Shown piece after piece: positions 51,706 to 64,000 of a stretch of DNA of 64,000 bases. A program made the translations under genes and the position numbers. The stretch's first letter is position 1, and each line of letters starts with the position of its first letter. The notes beneath the pieces were generated by a model. The model worked only from the letters and a program-made list of their open reading frames with translations, did not search any database and was not told the origin of the DNA. The stretch covers positions 105,772,001 to 105,836,000 of the forward strand of contig NC_043001.1 in assembly GCF_006345805.1 (NCBI RefSeq), in the 5' to 3' direction. The stretch is from Octopus sinensis. Its lineage: Eukaryota.

Positions 51706-52628
51706 TGTATGTATGTATGTGTATGCATGTACTGGCAAACTTCAGCATAAAGCCGTTTGTAGCACTGTTAATCCACAAAGAATATGTGTTTGTGTGACAT
51801 TTTGAAAGTGTTAGTGAAAAGAGGAAATACGTTAACATGAAAAAGAAAATGTATTCTTATAAATTTCACGCTTTACATCTAACCTTTCGATGTTGCAAGG
51901 CGCCTGTGATTAGAAATCATTTGTACAACCCGCCAGCAATGCGTTTGCCGGAAAGGAAATGCTGTACCGAAGGATAAACACACAAATAGCGAAGAAGCAT
52001 CGATATTGTTTCAAGTAACATACAAAAAAAATTTATAATTGTTTAATAACAATTACAGAAATTATATTTTGTTTAAAATTCAATTAGCGTCAAATATTGC
52101 ACATGACAAGTAAATATTTTGCCGTATCCAAAACTATATATAAATTTACAAATGGATTAACATTTGTAAATAGAGGTGCATATGTTCATCTTGTATGCAT
52201 TTGTATATTATGCGCGTATAAAATTTGGAAAAGACTATTTGTTTCGAATTATTATAAAGTCGATGGGGTACGTTTTGCAGATCATAGTAAAAAACATTAG
52301 ATTAAAACATACGTTGTTATATAAGACTGGACAATGTATCTTAGGATATTACATGGACAGCATGATATTGTCGCATTGATACGGTATCTTGGTGATTTTA
52401 AACTCAGTATTCAGTACACAATTGAAAAGAAGGAAGTATTTGTTGTTCGAAGTTTTCAATATATTTTCATATATACTTAACAATAAAATTAAACAGCGAA
52501 ACAATTCTCCAATAAAATCTATATGCTTCATGGAATAGTCATGTTAATTGGAACTAGTGAGTACATACGTACGTACATACACACTGATACTCACATACAC
52601 ACACATACGTACACATACTCACACAGAC

Positions 52629-52661
<33 letters not shown>

Positions 52662-52714
52662 GAGATATCTATGTAAATTAAAGAAAAACATTTATGCGTA
52701 TTCATGTACATATA

Positions 52715-54006
52715 CGAGGGGCGTTCAATAAGTAATGCCCCTGACCCACGTCCCATAGCAGTAGAGCAACAAAACTTGGCACAGTTATTAGTCTTTTTCT
52801 ACATAGGAACCACCCAGAGTTACGCATTTCTCCCGTTGTTTGATGCAGCTCTGGAGACCGTTTTTGTAGAAGACCCCAGCTTGGTCCTCCAACCACGACG
52901 TGACTTCAGAAATCAAGGCTGCATCATCTGGGAAACGCTTTCCTTTCAAAAACAATTTTATGGCTGGGAAGAGGTGAAAATCAGAGGGTGCAAGGTCAGG
53001 AGAGTAGGGAGATGGGAGAGGAGTTCATAGCCGCATGCCTGTGCTTCTGATCTGGCGACACGCAAGTTGTGGACCGGAGCGTTGTCCTGCAGGAGGAGGA
53101 GGCCTTTGCTGATCTTGCCCCGCCTCTTGATTTTGATAGCTTCTCTTAATTTCCTCAAAACTGAAGCATAATAGGCTCCTGTAATTGTGGTACCCTTTGC
53201 CAGGAAATCTGTCATCACTACTCCGTCCTGGTCCCAGAAGTCTGTGAGCATGACCTTGCCAGCGGAGAGCTGCACCCTTGCCTTCTTTGGAGGAGGTGAG
53301 TCACGGTGCTTCCACTGCATTGACTAGGTTTTGGTCTCTGGATCATAGTGATGGACCCAGGTTTCATCCTGTGTAATCAGTCTTTTGAACAATTTTGACT
53401 CATCTTCTTGGCACATCTCCAAATTCATCCTCGAGCACTCGACGCGTTCTTGATTCTGGAAAGGTGTGAGCAACCTGGGAATCCATCTGGCAGACACCTT
53501 TTGCATATGCAAATAGTCATGAATGATAGTTTCCACAGAACCGATACTAATCTTGACCTCATGGGCTATTTGACGAATAGTTATGCGTCGATCTTCCAAA
53601 ATGACAGCCTCAACTTAACGGACAGATGCCTCATCAATAGCAGAAGGGGGGCGACCAGATCTGGGAGCTGTTTCCACAGAGTTCCGACCATGTTTGAATT
53701 CATGATGCCAGCGTTTTACAAGGTCATATGATGGGGCATCATCACTATCAGTTACTTTCATTTCATCGAAAGTCTCCCGTGGTGTGCGTCCTTTCAAATA
53801 CAAAAACCGGATCACTGCTTGACACTTAACAGGCTCCATTTCACACTTGACTCAGTTCAAACACCTGTAAATCAGAAACAACAATTAGTTCAGAGCTGTA
53901 ATTTACTACTTAATCTATAGTGATATAGCCAATTACACACGCAAAATTTCAGCTAGATCAAATAAGTGCAAGTGGGTCAGAGGCATTATTTATTGAACGT
54001 CCCTCG
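52715..54006 (-). mobile_element. Full-length mariner (DD34D) DNA transposon, 1292 bp
   Basis: TIRs CGAGGGGCGTTCAATAAGTAATGCCCCTGACCCA and its near-perfect reverse complement. TA target duplication at 52713-52714 and 54007-54008. Confidence 0.95.
52780..53839 (-). pseudogene. Mariner transposase pseudogene (two premature stops, at least one frameshift)
   Basis: MEPVKCQAVIRFL..WHHEFKHGR..RSGRP, RRITIRQIA, WIPRLLT, ITQDETWVHHYDPE, LLQDNAPVH. The HPPYSPDLAPSD region is frameshifted. Confidence 0.92.
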
Positions 54007-54154
54007 TATATATACATATATATATATTCATATACATACATATATTTATGTATTTATATGTATATATATTTATTATGTATATAAATATGTATATATATAT
54101 ATATGTATAAATGTTATATGTATATATGTATAAATATGTTATATATATATATAT

Positions 54155-54198
<44 letters not shown>

Positions 54199-54206
54199 TT
54201 ATATAT

Positions 54207-54276
<70 letters not shown>

Positions 54277-54614
54277 GGACACCATGTGAATAACTCTTTG
54301 AAAATCAAAGAGAAATGAGTTAACAATATGCAACTGATTCAAAACCTGCAGCTTTTATATCCAGATTACAAATTTACATTTATCCCACTTGGCAAATCTC
54401 TAACTGACAAAATCTAACTTCGCATCACAAATGCAATCTGTAAATGAAATGTAAATGAAACGGTAAAAATATCCTCGACTTTACTCAAGTGCCATTGTAT
54501 TCGTTATTCAAATTCCAACGAAGAGAGTTTTTTTTTTTTGTTAGAAACCAACATCTTAAGTTAAATAATTTTAGTAAACAAAATAGGAAACATACATACG
54601 CCCGTATGTATGTA

Positions 54615-54765
54615 CATGTCCCCGTGTTCATTTCTGTTGAAGAGAGTAGGCTCGAAATATAAAATACTTTCTCACCTTCCCGAGCGTTAAATTAATAAAC
54701 CTGTTTGTTGTTTACACACCTGTCTTCGTCGTTTGTTTTTTTGTGTGTGAATTCCAACTACATTT
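54615..54765 (+). mobile_element. 3'-end fragment of the second hammerhead family (decayed hammerhead at 54629-54665)
   Basis: TTTCTGTTGAAGAGAGTAGGCTCGAAATATAAAAT, followed by a tail resembling the reverse complement of 31262-31358. Confidence 0.5.
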
Positions 54766-55055
54766 TTATATATGTATATATATATTCACATACATACATG
54801 TGTGTACGTGTGTGTGTACATGAGTGCGTGGGTACATATCTGTATATGCAGGTGTGTGGTTTTGTGATGTTTATGTTGCTAGCAAGCTAGTATTTGTGCG
54901 TAACTCTACTAGAAAATAATAAGTACATGTCGAATATTTCATTTTCCCTGAAATTTACAGAAACAACTTCGTTTCTCCCATTTTTGTTTTGTAATTACAT
55001 CGATACTTGTATAAATCAGCATTTATAAACTGAAAGCAGCTCATTAAGGTACGAT

Positions 55056-55113
<58 letters not shown>

Positions 55114-56123
55114 TAATATATATATATGTGTGTATATATTTATTTATATACTATTATTAATAAATAGATAATAATAGCTTCAGGGGAATATGTTGGATAT
55201 TCCAATATTTACACGTTTGTGTGTACAGAAATAAAAATATTCTTTGCCCCAAAACATACTAATATATAACATTTGAAACCTATTTACGATATTTAGCGTG
55301 AACAACTGGAACCTCAAAATATCAGTCTTAACGAAGCAACATATTCGAGATCAGTTTAACGTACACTTTCTCGATATAAAAATCTTGACAATAAAACAAC
55401 TATTAGTTTTCTGATCAATTTCCAGAAAAATTGATTTCTATGCATCTATGCTTATAATTTATATAGAAAAATCGATAAATTACGGCTGATGTAAATTTAA
55501 AGATTGGAATTGCTGATTAATAAACAGCAAACTACTACAATGTAATAATCATTTAATTAAAAAAAATTGAATTCCGCTCATGTTTTGTGCTCATCAGCGG
55601 AGCACAAAAGAATTATGTAAGTTTTAAAAAATAATTACTTATAATAGAGATAATTTTCACTTCAGGATTAGGAGTTTTAATATCGGGGAGATAAGATTTT
55701 CTTATCACACATTATCAACATTCTGCATTACGTCGCAACATTTTGTAATTCTATGATATAATTTCATTTATAAGTGTGGGGTTGGTGGGGGTAAGCGCGC
55801 GTGTGTATATGCGTGTTTAATAAATGTGTATATGTAAATGTTCATCTGATAAACATTTTCAAATGAAAGTCGTTAGAAGCAAAATGGATACCTGCATTTT
55901 TTTTAAAATAAACGTCACAGTTTCTTGTTCAAATTCCACTGAGATCGACTTTGTCTTTCAACCATTCGGTGGTCTCTGAAATAAGAAGCACTCGAACACA
56001 GTGGCCGATATAATTGATTTAACCGCCCACCCCCGTAACTGCTGGTCTTGTGCCAAAGTTTGAAATCAATATCTTATTGTTTCTTAAGAATAATTCATCT
56101 TTCAGAATGTATACTTTGCTGCG

Positions 56124-56445
56124 TGGAAGCGCAATGGCCCAGTGGTTAGCGCAGTGGACTCACGATCGTGGGAGATACCTAAGGCTTTGGCAGTGGGTGG
56201 TGGCGAACCCTGCTGTAATCTTTCACCACAACTTTCTCTCACTCTGTCTTCCTGTTTCTGTTGTACCAGTATTTTAAAGGGCCAGCCTTGTCACACTCTG
56301 TGTCACGCTTAATCTCCCCGAGAACTACGTTAAGGGTACACGTGTTTGTGGAGTGCTCAGCCACTTGTACGTTAATTTCATGAGCAGGCTGTTCGGTTGA
56401 TCGGATCAACAGGAATCCTCATCGTCGTAACCGACGGAATGCCAG
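56124..56445 (+). mobile_element. tRNA-derived SINE family D
   Basis: Head GTGGAAGCGCAATGGCCCAGTGGTTAGCGCAGTGGACTCACGATC. A head stub of the same type lies at ~30764-30783. Confidence 0.7.
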
Positions 56446-56686
56446 GATACTTTGCAGCATTTAAATTATTGAATCGAATAAAATAGTACTTGCGTACTAG
56501 TAACATATCACCAATTACCAATACAGAACTTCTCTCAATCAGAATCCATATATTTACCAGTTTTAATTATAATCAACGTACGAAAGATAAGAAATCAACA
56601 AAATAACAGACATTTACAATGTGATAAAGAAATATTCAGAAATCTAAATATTTTCGTTGTTTAAGACAGACACGTTATTTTCGCAT

Positions 56687-56717
<31 letters not shown>

Positions 56718-56837
56718 TATATATATATTTGTGAAGATATTTGAATAGAATAGAATCTTAGATGTGAAACGTGTATGTATTGAGTAACATAATAAAATGT
56801 AATTAGTGAGGAAGGGGGGTATAATTCTTTTATATAT

Positions 56838-57012
56838 AGGCGCAGGAGTAGCTGTATAGTAAGTAGCATGATTATGAACCACATGGCCCTGGGTTCAGTC
56901 CCACTGCGTGGCACCTTGAGCAAGTGTCTTCTATTATAGCCTCTGGCCGACTAAAACCTTGTGAGTGACGGAAACTGGAAGACGGGAACAGGAAGTAGCA
57001 CGTCGGATATGC

Positions 57013-57052
<40 letters not shown>

Positions 57053-57265
57053 TGTGTGTTTGTATGTGTGCATGTTTGTGTGTCTGCACCCCTCCCCCTA
57101 CATCGCTTGACAACCGATGCTGGTATTTTTACGTCGCCGTAACATAGCTGTTCGGCAAAAGAGACCTATACAATAAGTACTAGGCTTACAAAGAATAAAC
57201 TCTGATGTCGATTTGCTCCACTAAAGGCGGTGTTCCAGTATGGCCGCAATCAAATAAATGAAACA
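56838..57265 (+). mobile_element. SINE family B
   Basis: AGGCGCAGGAGTAGCTG..GGTTCAGTCCCACTGCGTGGCACC. Confidence 0.85.
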
Positions 57266-57489
57266 ATTAAAAGAATATGAGAATATTTCAATTTACTTTA
57301 TGTTTCTTTCTTCCTTCCACACTTCAATTCTCGTCGGAGACGTTCAATAGAATATACTTCTGAGATATATTTCAATTTTGAAAAATACATAAAAACATAC
57401 AGCTGCCCAGCTGTTTTCCTCTATTCATTTAATGGCTTCAGTCATAGGACTGCAGCCATGCTGGAGCTCTTCTTTAATCTATTTTATTT

Positions 57490-57850
57490 CGGTTTTATCA
57501 TCGCTTTATGGCTGGAAGTTGGTCTCTGATTAATTTTGTGGCAGCTGTTCTTCATTGAGTATAACATTGGATGATTGGCTGGTCTGGTATCGTCGTTAGG
57601 ATAGGATCCAATGTGTTTTAAATGCTTCAGTACAAGTTCCTTTTACGTTTCTGATTTCTTTAAGTTGGTAGTCGAACATCTGTGAATCTCTAAATATCAG
57701 ACTGGTACAGCAGAGTGTCTTTGCTCATGATTAGAAAGGTGGTATATTTGGAAGCTGACAGTAACTGCTTGTTCGTGCATTAATATTCACTCTAATGCCG
57801 AACTTTGGAACATGCCCCTTCAGGATACGCCAAACGTACATGATAGTATA
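57490..57850 (-). mobile_element. 3' fragment of a CR1/L2-like LINE
   Basis: IMYVWRILKGHVPKFGI..TLCCTSLIFRDSQMF aligns by eye with 61690-61860. Confidence 0.65.
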
Positions 57851-57911
57851 TCTCTCTATTCAGTGTTAAAAGGAGTAAAGATGCAGAACATTCGGACGTT
57901 CTTTTTTGTTT

Positions 57912-58119
57912 ACTCTTTTACTTGTTTCAGTCATTTGACTGCGGCCATGCTGGAGCACCGCCTTTAGTCGAGCAAATCGACCCCAGGACTTCTTCTTTGT
58001 AAGCCTAGTACTTATTCTATCAGTCTCTTTTTCGAACCGCTATGTTACAGGGACGTAAATACACCAACATCGGTTGTCAAGCGATGTTGGGTGGACAAAC
58101 ACAAACACACACACACACT

Positions 58120-58161
<42 letters not shown>

Positions 58162-58305
58162 CGATGGGCTTCTTTCAGTTTCCCTCTACCAAATCCACTC
58201 ACAAGGCTTTGGTCGGCCCGAGGCTGTAGTAGAAGACACTTGCTCAAGGGACTGAACCCGGAACCTTGTGGTTGGTAAGCAAGCTACGTACCTCACAGCC
58301 ACTCT
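57912..58305 (-). mobile_element. SINE family B
   Basis: Reverse-complement match to 12420-12795. Confidence 0.88.
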
Positions 58306-59032
58306 AAGGACTTTAACCGAAATTATTTTACTGATGAACCTTCTTTGTTACCCATCAATTTCTAGTATGAGACTGGATGAATTTGGCAGGACAGTTTGGT
58401 GATGTGGATGTTGAAAGATGCATCATATGGCATGATTACGTCTAAGTCCCGTACGTCATTAGCCCTGTGCATCGTTATGTTTTGGATTCAGAGGATGGAG
58501 GAATTAACACGTACATTCGCTTAGCAGAAAAGCGAAGTATATTTCCATAAAGCAGTCATAGAGCTAGACCTAAAGGGTTACCTAAATGATCTCAAAGGTT
58601 TCATATTTGCATTTTGGTCATTTATGCATTTATTGCAATAAACAATGTGACAGATAATTATATTTCAATTACACGTTATGGCAATGAATGCCTAGTTGCT
58701 ACTTAGTCATTAAACATGAAAGTATGAGATTAAACGTTGTTGCTGAAAGATGCTATGTTTGAAATCTGGCCTTTCTTATTCGCAAGCTATTCTCTTTTAT
58801 TTTTCTTTTCTTTTTTGTTTTTTGATAAGAGAATAAACTCATAATAGATGTTCAGTATAACTACACTGAAAATCTTGCGTTCAGTCTCTGCACTTTCTCT
58901 TTGCATCCTTTCCTCATCAGCAGACTATAGAACTATATGTCTAGAAATAGTCTAGACTTCAGGCACACAATTGTAGGTTAGTATATAGAGCGTGTATTTA
59001 TATGAAACTATTATTTTGAGGCATAAGGCTTG

Positions 59033-59035
<3 letters not shown>

Positions 59036-59079
<44 letters not shown>

Positions 59080-60168
59080 TAATAATAATAATAATAATTG
59101 TGTACAGTGCTCAGGTGCACTACAACTCATCAAAGTGTATATATAATCAGGTGTAGTTTTCGACGACGGATTTCGGGAAGCATGAGGGCCTTAAAGGATG
59201 CAGTGTCATGGCAGTCAACAACTGATGCAGGCAGTTTATTCCACGCTTCAGCAACTCTGAGCGTGAAAAAATGTTTCCGAAAGTCATGGGAGCTGTGCTG
59301 TTTTCTGACTTTGTAGGCATGTCCACGTGTGTTAGACACATGGAGATCAAAAAGGTGTTCAGTGTTGTGTATTGGTGAGGTGGTTGATAACCTTGTGGGT
59401 GTTTACCAAGTCCGTCGCCAGACGCCGGAGCTTCAGTGAATCCATGCCCAGGGAAACAAGGCGCTCAGAATATGGTAGGTGTCTGATGGAGGGTATGCGT
59501 TTGGTTGCACGTCTCTGGACAGATTCCAGGAGGTCAATGTTCTGAGCAAGATAGGGATTCCAAACTGATGATGCAAATTCCAAGTGTGGTCGTACCATAG
59601 CTGTATACAGTTTTAAATAGATGGCTGGAGAGCGGCTAACAAAAGTCTTGCTGAGTGATGCCAAGACCCTCGCGCCTTCTTGACAATTTTAGAGATATGC
59701 TTTGTCCAACCCAAATCACTGCTGACAGTGATGCCTAGGTCACGCTCGCAAGAGGATTTCTTGATATCAGTGTTGTGGGGGGAGTATGTGGACGCAGGGT
59801 TTTTTCTCCCAAAATGCATGGTGGTACACTTGTCCACAGCCAGTTTCAGTTGCCAGTCTGTGATTCATTGCTGCATTGTGTCTAGGTCTGATTGCAGGAA
59901 AGAGTTGTAGACATCAGGATCAGTCCTCTTGATTTCAAGGTACAGCTTGATGTCGTCTGCATATTTCAATACTGTGGCATTCTTTAAATTGGCATCTATG
60001 TCATTAATGTATGCCACAAACAGGAGGGGACCAAGGACAGATCCCTGTGGTACACCCGATGACATCTCATATGGTGTAGAGTGCTGTTCTAGAACTGTGA
60101 CTACCTCCTTTCGGCTGAGGATGAAGGATTTCAACCAGTTAAAAAGGTCATCCCCCACACCCATTGCA
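59036..60168 (-). mobile_element. 5'-truncated CR1-like LINE with an (ATT)n tail
   Basis: WLKSFI, SGVPQGSVLGPLLF, KYADDIKLY, ERDLGI, VRPHLEFAS, LESVQRRATK, FFTLRVAEAWNKLP. Tail at 59036-59098. Confidence 0.92.
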
Positions 60169-60547
60169 GACGTATATTATATACGATCAACGATTTATAA
60201 GAGCATGTCTAAAATATTGAGTATGGTATGTTTAGCATCTGTTGAAAGGCGGGTTCTTCTCATCGGAGAATGTTATTAGCCTTACACTAGACATAACCTC
60301 ATTTGTTTCTTATTTATTCTGTGCATATAATGTCGATTACACTACACATATAAGGATAACGTTAAAATACTTCGATAGTGTAAATCTTCGTACACAATAT
60401 ATTCGTGAACGAATATAAAAATATGGCGTCTATAAATTATGTTCGTTGTGGATGTACATATGGATATATACATATATATGTCTGTGTGTGTGTGTGTATG
60501 TGTATGTATATATATATAAAAAATATGTATATAACTTATATATATAT

Positions 60548-60595
<48 letters not shown>

Positions 60596-60659
60596 TAGAG
60601 AGAGAGAGAGAGAGAGAGAGAGATGTGTATGTGTTTTCTGTCATGCGTGTCTTGCATGT

Positions 60660-62030
60660 GGCAACCCGCCCAAACTGTTGAAAGATTGTGTCATATGCCC
60701 TGTCCATACAGGAGGAAGAAGAGCAAATGCTAGAAATTACAGGCTTTTCTTTCTTACTTCACATGTTATCAACGTGATAGAAAGCATTGTCAGAAGAAGA
60801 CTCACATGTTCCTGGAAGAGAATAACTTGCTCACAAACACACACACCATGGTTTCTGCCCAGGGTGGAACTGTGTCACACAGCTACTATAACGTTATGTT
60901 TGGGTGATGAAATATCAGCTCAAACACTCAAATGTAGATGTGATGTATTGCGATTTTGCCAAGGCCTTTCACAAAGTCGTTCATGGGATTGTATGTCACA
61001 AACTACGCCACCTTGGTATCACCTATAAACTGGAAGAGTGGCTGCTTGACGTTTTTAAGGAGTGGACATGTTGTTGCAGAGGAGTATCTCAGGGAATTGT
61101 AAAGAGACAACTACTGTTTGTAGTGGCTCTCTCGGACATTACGTTTATCGAACAGTCATCCACTCTCACTAGCAACGCTGATGATACAAGGATATCTCAG
61201 GCGGTCAATGACCCTGATGACTTAGTGAAACTGGAAAAGGACCTGTATGCAATATACAAAGGTCTGATGTAAATAACACGCAGCTGAATGCTGATAAGCT
61301 TAAAGTACTCTGCTATCAGTTCACAAACAGGCTACTATAGGAATTCATAGGACCAGAAAGCAGTGCATTTCCAGAGATAGAATCAGTGCCCTTCCTGGGA
61401 ATACACGTGCGTAGTGATGCAACATTCTATGTGCATATTGCTAGGTTGACAACACTGTGCAGACGAGTAGCTGGGTGAAGCCGTAGATCATACAGAACCG
61501 GAAATAAGGGTGCCTTGGAGGACATATCTCTTCAGTCGTCTCTTTGGATTACTACTCCCAACTGTGGTCTCCGTAGAGCATCAAATTGGTGGCGGAACTT
61601 GAGTAACTCGATGAAACAGATGAGCTACTAGGAGAGGCTTCAAGAAATGGAGCTCCACTCTCTGGAGAGAAGACGAGAAAGGTAAGTAGTGATATAGATA
61701 TGGACGGTACTGGAAGGTCTAGCTCACAACTTTGGAATTAAAAATTATACCAACCACCGAACTAGACAGTACTGCATGCGACCAAAGATATTGTCTTCAT
61801 CTCAGATAGGAACCCTGTATTGCAACTGCTTGAGATTCAGGGGACCAAGACTGTTTAAAATCCTGCGAAGGAAACTAAGAGAGCTGCAAGGTGGTTGAAG
61901 TGGAAACGGTCGAAAAGCAACTGGATAAATTTCCATCTGAAATCTCAGATGAGCCCACATCTCGGCAGGAGGCACAAAGATAAGTGGCTTCGTCCAAATC
62001 GCTTCCTCTCCAAAAACTGTTCCAAAACGA
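60660..62030 (+). mobile_element. Degenerate CR1/L2-like LINE RT and C-terminal region
   Basis: NYRLFFLTSHVI, YCDFAKAFHKV, SQGIV..LLFVV, NADDTRI, FLGI, YWERLQ..LHSLERRRE, FRGPRLF. Confidence 0.85.
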
Positions 62031-62102
62031 GACCCCCAAAACACTGAAACGCAGTATTTGAGCATGGCCCAAACTTCTAGCTGAAACCAGTAAAAGAATA
62101 AA

Positions 62103-62147
<45 letters not shown>

Positions 62148-62831
62148 GGCACATACTTATATGCGTAGATTCAAATATATATACGTGTGGTTTTTTTGTG
62201 TGTGTACAAGTATATATGTATGTGCTTGTATGTGTGTGTGTAAATCTACAGCTACATGTACACAGATCACGAGAAAAATATTCTGACTCTCTGGTGAGAT
62301 GATTGCTCATCGAAAGAAATATTTTGCCTGTTAAATAATAGGATATATATTTCCTTTTAGATAGCGTTGCAAATATTTGTTCTTTCCGTTTTGCCAACAC
62401 ATTGATTTCCTATCGTTCGGTTGACTGACTTTTAATAATTATATATACTTTTCCATTGAGCTTTGGTGGTGTAATCTTTTGAGGTGCATCAGAATATTGA
62501 TACAACTCTCAGGAATATAAGTAAGTGTTGAATACTTTTAGAAAAATTCCATTACTTGAAAAATGTTCATTACCGTGAGTAAATAGAAATCTTTGTATTT
62601 CTGTACATTTGTACATTTGCTATCCCACGTGACTGGTATCCATATTCACAAGTCAGAGAAAATATTTACCTTTGGCTACCCTCTTATGAAGCGATTTCCT
62701 TTCTGTGACGTATCTGAAATATGTTATTTCTCTCTTATTTACTCAACTTAAATTTGCCATAATGCCTTCGTTTATACTTTGGGTAGATACGATGTGATGC
62801 AAATGGTCGAAGTTTATGTGACGGAATGTCA

Positions 62832-62832
<1 letters not shown>

Positions 62833-62924
<92 letters not shown>

Positions 62925-62945
62925 GTCTGTCTGTCTGTCTATTTA
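62833..62945. repeat. (TATC)n microsatellite; another lies at ~63440-63560
   Basis: Direct reading. Confidence 0.95.
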
Positions 62946-63002
62946 TCTACCTAGATACATTGACATACAATATCTGCCTATCTCTCTTTCTCTCTCTCTC
63001 TT

Positions 63003-63033
<31 letters not shown>

Positions 63034-63044
63034 TTCTACTCTTT

Positions 63045-63435
63045 TACTCTTTTACTTGTTTCAGTCATGTGACTGTGGCTATGCTGAAGCACCAATTTCA
63101 GTCGGGCAAATCGACCCTACGACTTATTATTTTTAAGCCTAGTACTTATTCTATCGGTCCCTCTTGTCGAACCGCTATGTGGTGGGGACGTAAACACACC
63201 AGCATGGGTTGTCAAGTGATGTTGGTGGGACAAACGCAGACATACAAACTTATATACACACACACATACATATATATGACAGGCTTCTTTCAGGTTCCGT
63301 TTATCAAATTCACTCGCAAGGCTTTGGTCGGCCTGAGGCTATAGTAGAAACACTTGCCCAAAGTGCCACGCAGTAGGACTGAACCCGGAACCATGTGGCT
63401 GGTAAGCAAGCTGCTAACCAGAAAGCAACTCCTAC
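63045..63435 (-). mobile_element. SINE family B
   Basis: Reverse-complement match to 12420-12795. Confidence 0.85.
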
Positions 63436-63440
63436 GCCTA

Positions 63441-63471
<31 letters not shown>

Positions 63472-63569
63472 ATATCTATCTATCTATCTTCTTATCTATC
63501 TATCTATCTATCTATCTTCTATATATCTAATCTATATCTATCTATCTATCTATATCTATCCTATAGATA

Positions 63570-63616
<47 letters not shown>

Positions 63617-64000
63617 TCAATAAATGGTGGGGTTGTGTTGACCGCACGTGGAGAAATGATAGTAAGGAAAAATTTTTTTAAAAATGCAGAATGCTCAAAT
63701 GAAAGAAAATTTTAATAAAATGAGAAATTGATAAAATATATAAATATATATTTATTCAACCGGTTTTCGTCATTGTATGACTTGTCAAGAATATTTATGT
63801 TTTAAAAAGTTTTTAATTACTACTACTTCCTGTCCTGCCAACATGCTGAATTAAACCACACAACACATGCTCTTAATCCCTTTGGATCTTAATACCTCAA
63901 GGTAATTTTTTCGTGAACAATCATAAAACTCAAGATACACAACGAACTCACAATGTATCGGAGCACTTATTTTTTAATTTTTGTACATTTTTATCATTAT

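Noticed and set aside
56124-56170. tRNA genes at tRNA-like heads (also 2171, 12420, 25010)
   Set aside because: They have A/B-box-like motifs but no complete cloverleaf, and they continue into SINE bodies.

Overview
AT-rich, microsatellite-saturated, non-genic eukaryotic DNA. The SINE families and repeat landscape look like an Octopus/cephalopod genome (inference from recognised repeat sequences; not searched). I found no confidently identifiable host protein-coding gene, tRNA, rRNA or CRISPR array. The main feature is a ~7 kb Penelope-like retroelement insertion (15351-22339; RT plus C-terminal GIY-YIG, Naiad-like motifs) in a (TA)n tract. It consists of an inverted arm, a 5'-truncated copy and a full-length copy head-to-tail, each carrying a hammerhead ribozyme. 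A 514-bp hairpin mini-insertion (42399-42912) and a 105-bp fragment (~48598) of the same family share its end points. The geometry requires reverse transcription through the ribozyme cleavage site, which suggests a circular, uncleaved or template-jumped RNA primed at two fixed AT-rich sites. Also present: a full-length pseudogenised mariner, mariner derivatives, a maT-like element split by a 1.4-kb inversion, a two-headed non-autonomous Helitron, R4/Dong-like, CR1-like and RTE LINE relics, a second hammerhead-bearing repeat family, a 53-bp perfect hairpin, a fold-back MITE, a 400-bp direct duplication and many tRNA-derived SINEs. Boundaries of degenerate elements are approximate.
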